From an uncultured Dehalococcoidales bacterium (GTDB lineage: Bacteria > Chloroflexota > Dehalococcoidia > GIF9 > UBA5629), in contig CAZOQG010000002.1 of assembly GCA_964582065.1 (NCBI GenBank), positions 1 through 45,740 on the forward strand: a stretch of DNA of 45,740 nt, given 5' to 3'. Each line of letters starts with the position of its first letter. Positions within the stretch are counted from its first letter, which is position 1. Positions 41,986 to 45,740 of the stretch are shown piece by piece. The position numbers and the translations under genes are program-made. The notes beneath the pieces were generated by a model. That model saw nothing but the letters and a program-made list of their open reading frames with translations. It was not told where the DNA came from and did not search any database.

Positions 41986-43344
41986 TTAACTACCCCCGAC
42001 CAGGCAGCGGCGGATTCTTATGTGCGGACTGCCATTGGAAACAGGTAGAGGCGACTGTCCACCTTTGCCACAACCACCACCCTGATTCATTGCTAGCTCG
42101 TTGCCAATGGCGTCAATATTGCCCAGAGTAGCGAAGACATTGCCGCTGAGCACTACGGGACGGAGCAACTCGGCTACTTTGCCGTTGCGAATAATATAAG
42201 CCTCGGCGGCAGAGAAAGTAAACATTTCCAGGCTGGTTGTGCCTCCATACCAGTCCTTGACGTAGATGCCTTCTTTGATGTCGCCGAGCATATCTTCAAA
42301 AGATATCGACCCGGGTTCAATGAAGGTGTTGGTCATGCGCACTATAGGAGGGAAACGGTAGTTGAGAGCACGGGCATTGCCGGTGAGCATCTCTCCCATC
42401 TTGGCGGCTGTTTCTCGGGAGTGGAGTCTACTTTCAAGTACACCTTCCCGGATAAGGTAGGTCCTTGTTCCTGGAACTCCCTCGTCATCATATTTATAGC
42501 TACCTCGTAATCCAGGGACAGCAGCGCCATCGACAATATTGAGATGCTTGCCACCGAATCTTCGTCCTAAGACCATGATGTCTTGCAGTCGCTTGTTTTC
42601 GTAGACGTGGTCCGCTTCTGACAAATGCCCGAAGGCTTCGTGAGCGAAGACTCCAGCCAAGATTGGGTCTAGGACAACGGTATATTCGCCTCCTTTCGCT
42701 TGGGGTGCGGAAAGAAGCCTGACCGCTCGCTGTGCCATCTCCCTTACCTGCTCTTGCAAACTCTCTACGGCCGAGAAGTCGCCCTGGCTACCCAAACTCA
42801 AACCAATCTGCTGCACCTGGCCATCTTCTGCAGCTATAGCTGTTAGACGCAGGCTTAGGTCTACTTTAGTCTGTTCTATATAGGAGCCTTCGGAGTTGGC
42901 AAATGTTATCTTCCTCTGGCTGTCGTGATAGCCGATGTTCGATGTTTGAATCTTGGGCGTGCTCAGAATAATGTCGTTGTACTCATCAAGCATCTGCTTT
43001 TTTGACGCCAGAGGAACGGTCGTTGGGTCCTTCTTCGTTTCGGCAGTCACTATGTCGACTGCAGGCTCGGTTTGGCTGAACTTGCTGTCTTCCTTACCGA
43101 CAAGCCTTGCCTGCTTTACGGCTAGCTCTACCCTATCCCGTAACCCCTTGACGTTATTGAAGCTAACGAAGCCCCAGCCGCCTTTAACCAAAGCTCGGAC
43201 ATTGCCACCAAGGCTGGTTGTTCTGCCTATTTCCTCCAACCTTTGGCCACGGTAGACAATCCGAGTTACTTGGCTCTCCTCGAGCCGAATCTCGACATAA
43301 TCCGCGTTATGTCCTCTTGAAGCATTAGCAAGCTCGTTGCGCAT
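41986..43344 (-). CDS. tldD: Metalloprotease TldD
   Basis: The track ORF is trimmed to the ATG at 43344 (MRNELANASRGH...). The upstream 33 codons translate a palindromic repeat. The metal site is AHEAFGHLSEADH, and YDDEGVPG and GNARA motifs are present. Confidence 0.85.
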   Translation of the reverse strand: MRNELANASRGHNADYVEIRLEESQVTRIVYRGQRLEEIGRTTSLGGNVRALVKGGWGFVSFNNVKGLRDRVELAVKQARLVGKEDSKFSQTEPAVDIVTAETKKDPTTVPLASKKQMLDEYNDIILSTPKIQTSNIGYHDSQRKITFANSEGSYIEQTKVDLSLRLTAIAAEDGQVQQIGLSLGSQGDFSAVESLQEQVREMAQRAVRLLSAPQAKGGEYTVVLDPILAGVFAHEAFGHLSEADHVYENKRLQDIMVLGRRFGGKHLNIVDGAAVPGLRGSYKYDDEGVPGTRTYLIREGVLESRLHSRETAAKMGEMLTGNARALNYRFPPIVRMTNTFIEPGSISFEDMLGDIKEGIYVKDWYGGTTSLEMFTFSAAEAYIIRNGKVAELLRPVVLSGNVFATLGNIDAIGNELAMNQGGGCGKGGQSPLPVSNGSPHIRIRRCLVGGS

Positions 43345-43386
43345 CTTCCCGCTTTCTGAAACCCTTCTATTGTAGCAAATAGCAAT

Positions 43387-43448
43387 ATGTAGTGCGAGGC
43401 TAAAGCCTCGCACGAAACGCCAGGCGACCTTGAAAGGTCGCACTACAT
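43387..43448. repeat. Palindromic intergenic element (atgtagtgcgagg...ggtcgcactacat family), copy 1
   Basis: The sequence is atgtagtgcgaggctaaagcctcgcacgaaacgccaggcgaccttgaaaggtcgcactacat. It contains two internal hairpins, and the termini are mutually complementary. It lies 43 nt upstream of the tldD ATG. Confidence 0.85.
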
Positions 43449-43541
43449 TTTTGATTTTGTTCCTTAATCCTGTGGATTATATAGCTAATTGCGTGGACTT
43501 TTTGAGGGCCCCGTTATATACTTATTTGTGGAGGTGCCGCG

Positions 43542-43808
43542 ATGCAGTCTAGTCTCATTGGAAAGGTTGAAAAAGCCAAACGTTATGCCCAGGAGCCTGA
43601 GCGTGTTACCCTGTCAGAATTCGCCGCTAGTTTTCGCGGCGAGCACAGTAGTTATAGTGTTAGTTATAAGGATAGGAAATGGCATTGCACTTGCCACTTC
43701 TTTTCTCAGTGGGGGCTTTGCAGCCATGTGATGGCATTACAACAACTTCTTGCCGAGATGTTGCCTGAAGAAGCCCTTGCTTCGGCCGGTGGTGATTCCC
43801 CCGACTAA
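43542..43808 (+). CDS. Small standalone SWIM-type zinc-finger protein
   Basis: The 88-aa ORF has a GGAGG Shine-Dalgarno. WHCTCHFFSQWGLCSHVMAL fits the SWIM pattern CxC-x8-CxH. Confidence 0.6.
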   Translation: MQSSLIGKVEKAKRYAQEPERVTLSEFAASFRGEHSSYSVSYKDRKWHCTCHFFSQWGLCSHVMALQQLLAEMLPEEALASAGGDSPD

Positions 43809-43996
43809 CGTTTTCTATCTCTGTTTTCCGCTTTCTGTGGACAGACCTTCAGAGCTTGTCCTGAGCGAGATTCTTTGGGCGCTCCGCTCCCTCAGAAATA
43901 AAAGCCTAAATCCTGAACAATACAAAAATCCAAATGACCAAAACCTCATTGTTTAGAGATTAGAAATTCGAATTTGGGATTTGGAGAGACCTGTCC

Positions 43997-45370
43997 CTAC
44001 TTTTTTGGGGTCTCAAAACTGGTTGCATCTTTATTATTCGAGCATCTTGCGCTATAGTCTATTGCCTCGGCGACGACAAAAAGAGACCCTGTAACCAGGA
44101 TAAGGTCGGTCTTTTCAGCTAGGGCCAGAGCCTGAGGCAAAGCTCCGGAAACGTTTTCGGCTACGTTTACTTCAATGCTCAGCCTAGCAAACTTCCTAGC
44201 CAGCATTGAGGTAGAAGCTGCCCTGGGATGAGAAGAGCTGGTAACGATAACGTTTTCGGCGAGAGACTTGAGTTCTTGCGCCATGCCGGGGATGTCTTTG
44301 TCACATGATGTTCCAAACACAATAAGACACTCATTATAGTCAAAGTATTTCTTTATGGCTTCAGTCAATTTCCTCATTGAGTAAGCATTATGAGCGCCGT
44401 CGACCACTACCATAGGTTCACGGCTCAAAATCTGAAGCCTGCCCGGCCAGTCCGTGTGGCTGAATCCCTGAACCATGTTCTCGGCCGAAACCCTGGTTCC
44501 AAGGTGAGCCAAAGCTTCTAAGGCTGCCACAGCCGTAGCTGCATTTTCCAGTTGGTGGTCGCCAAGCAAAGGAATTGTCAGATTATATTTGCCGATTTCG
44601 CCCTGAACCGTGGCGAACTGCTGATACAGGTCCCCGCCCGTTCTGTGCCAGGTGACATCTTTACCGACTTGAATCAATCTTGTTTGTTGTTGACGGCAGA
44701 TTTCCTCAATTACTTCGGTTGCTTCCTTGTCTTGTGGGGAGTTGACCACTATGCATCCCGGCTTGACTATGCCTGCTTTCTCGGCAGCTATCTTGGCAAC
44801 AGTGTCACCCAGAATCTCGGTATGGTCGAGGCTCAGGGAAGTAATGACACAGACATTAGCTTGGACCACATTGGTGGCATCAAGCCTGCCTCCTAAGCCT
44901 ACCTCAAGCACCTGAAAATCCACGTGGCTCTTCTTGAAATAGGCAAAGACAACAGCTGTCAGTATCTCGAAGGTAGTCAGTTCACCATAGGCGGCCTCCC
45001 GATTCACCGCCTCGACGATTGGCTTGAGTTGTGTCACCAGAGCGGCAAAATCAGCCTCGGAAATCGAAGTGCCGTTAATCCTGATGCGCTCTCTCAGGGC
45101 GTGGAGGTGAGGGGAAGTAAAAAGTCCTGTCTTATAGCCGGCGGCGATGAGGACCTGGGCAACCATGGCTGCCGTGCTTCCCTTCCCCTTGGTGCCGGCT
45201 ATATGTACTGTCTTTGTTCCTTGGTGTGGGTTGCTTGCGGGCTGCAACAGTCTTTCCATCCGCCTCAAGTCATAGTTGCCCGAAGTATAGGCGATGCCCG
45301 GGATTTTCTCGTAGTCGGTAAAACTCAGGATATAGTCTTCAGCCTGCTGATAATCCATTTGAAGCGTCAT
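43997..45370 (-). CDS. folC: Bifunctional folylpolyglutamate synthase / dihydrofolate synthase
   Basis: HIAGTKGKGSTAAMV is the P-loop. SLDHTEILGDT, DGAHN and the Mur-ligase architecture are present. The start is trimmed to the ATG at 45370; the track uses a TTG 5 codons upstream. Confidence 0.9.
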   Translation of the reverse strand: MTLQMDYQQAEDYILSFTDYEKIPGIAYTSGNYDLRRMERLLQPASNPHQGTKTVHIAGTKGKGSTAAMVAQVLIAAGYKTGLFTSPHLHALRERIRINGTSISEADFAALVTQLKPIVEAVNREAAYGELTTFEILTAVVFAYFKKSHVDFQVLEVGLGGRLDATNVVQANVCVITSLSLDHTEILGDTVAKIAAEKAGIVKPGCIVVNSPQDKEATEVIEEICRQQQTRLIQVGKDVTWHRTGGDLYQQFATVQGEIGKYNLTIPLLGDHQLENAATAVAALEALAHLGTRVSAENMVQGFSHTDWPGRLQILSREPMVVVDGAHNAYSMRKLTEAIKKYFDYNECLIVFGTSCDKDIPGMAQELKSLAENVIVTSSSHPRAASTSMLARKFARLSIEVNVAENVSGALPQALALAEKTDLILVTGSLFVVAEAIDYSARCSNNKDATSFETPKK

Positions 45371-45393
45371 TATAGCACCAGCCAAATGACAAC

Positions 45394-45510
45394 ATGTAGT
45401 GCGAGGAATGTCAACGCGAGCTCTTTACCTCCTGTAATTGCCAGCGGAGCGAAGCAACCTAGCCTCGCACAAAACCATTGCCGAGGCAACCTTTTAAGGT
45501 CGCACTACAT
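45394..45510. repeat. Palindromic intergenic element, copy 2 (same family as 43387-43448, with a ~55-nt internal insertion)
   Basis: atgtagtgcgagg (45394-45406) ... gcctcgcac (45462-45470) ... aaggtcgcactacat (45496-45510). It lies 24 nt upstream of the folC ATG. Confidence 0.8.
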
Positions 45511-45548
45511 CGGTTAAATGCTAAACAAATTCAAGGCGCGAAATTCAA

Positions 45549-45605
45549 GGGTAGATTGGAGCATCGGCTCCAATCACGCCTAGAGCAGATGCTCTAGGCT
45601 ACCCT
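45549..45605. repeat. 57-nt structured repeat, copy 2 (identical to 28304-28360)
   Basis: All 57 nt match by direct comparison. The flanking bases differ on both sides. Confidence 0.9.
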
Positions 45606-45632
45606 ATATGAAAGCTTGGATGCTTTACCTCT

Positions 45633-45740
45633 TTAAGCTATAATTTGGCTTGAGCATTCGTGAAATTTAGTGACAAGCTTCTCAGCACTAGCCGTCGGAA
45701 TAACAGCCTGCTCTGTATTGGGCTTGACCCTGACCCGGCA
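45633..45740 (-). CDS. Possible 3' end of a minus-strand gene truncated by the window edge
   Basis: The open frame reads ...CRVRVKPNTEQAVIPTASAEKLVTKFHECSSQIIA and ends at a TAA (45635-45633). It is too short to identify. Confidence 0.25.
   Translation of the reverse strand, partial: CRVRVKPNTEQAVIPTASAEKLVTKFHECSSQIIA

Overview
This is a 45.7-kb bacterial chromosomal window, roughly 50% GC by eye. About 45 genes are tightly packed and almost all lie on the minus strand. The backbone is housekeeping. It includes infB/ylxR/nusA, uppS, a pabB-pabA-pabC operon, sucCD, tRNA-Ser(UGA), an acyl-CoA dehydrogenase, serS-lysS-greA, speH-speE, tldD/pmbA and folC. Gene content, the short IF-2 N-terminus and the many short palindromic intergenic repeats suggest an uncultured Chloroflexota-like genome, but I cannot prove that without a search.

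Several lineage-specific blocks sit within this backbone:
1. At 21.8-29.2 kb there is an array of three large paralogous membrane proteins. Each combines cytoplasmic zinc ribbons, one TM helix, FN3/purple-acid-phosphatase-N-like domains and a C-terminal TlpA-type CXXC thioredoxin. One of them carries an extra redox-dead thioredoxin fold. A soluble zinc-ribbon protein and duplicated promoter/leader sequences accompany them. This is my best candidate for an undescribed system.
2. At 34.6-35.3 kb there is a signal-peptide protein with 22 cysteines, including a CCCC run. It has two tandem near-consensus promoters and a strong terminator.
3. At 16.9-17.5 kb a low-GC single-gene islet abuts tRNA-Ser and encodes a protein with an RNxxxH (HEPN-like) motif.
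4. Three tandem transglutaminase-like paralogues are fused to the end of the sucCD operon.
5. A TldD-PmbA-PAC2(poly-Glu tail)-HEAT-GNAT-ACD-alpha-like gene string includes what looks like a split Pat-type acetyltransferase.
6. At least six families of short structured intergenic repeats are present. One is a 57-nt element found twice with 100% identity, 17 kb apart.

I found no rRNA, CRISPR array, transposase or integrase. All functional calls come from my reading of the translations and motifs. No database search was run.
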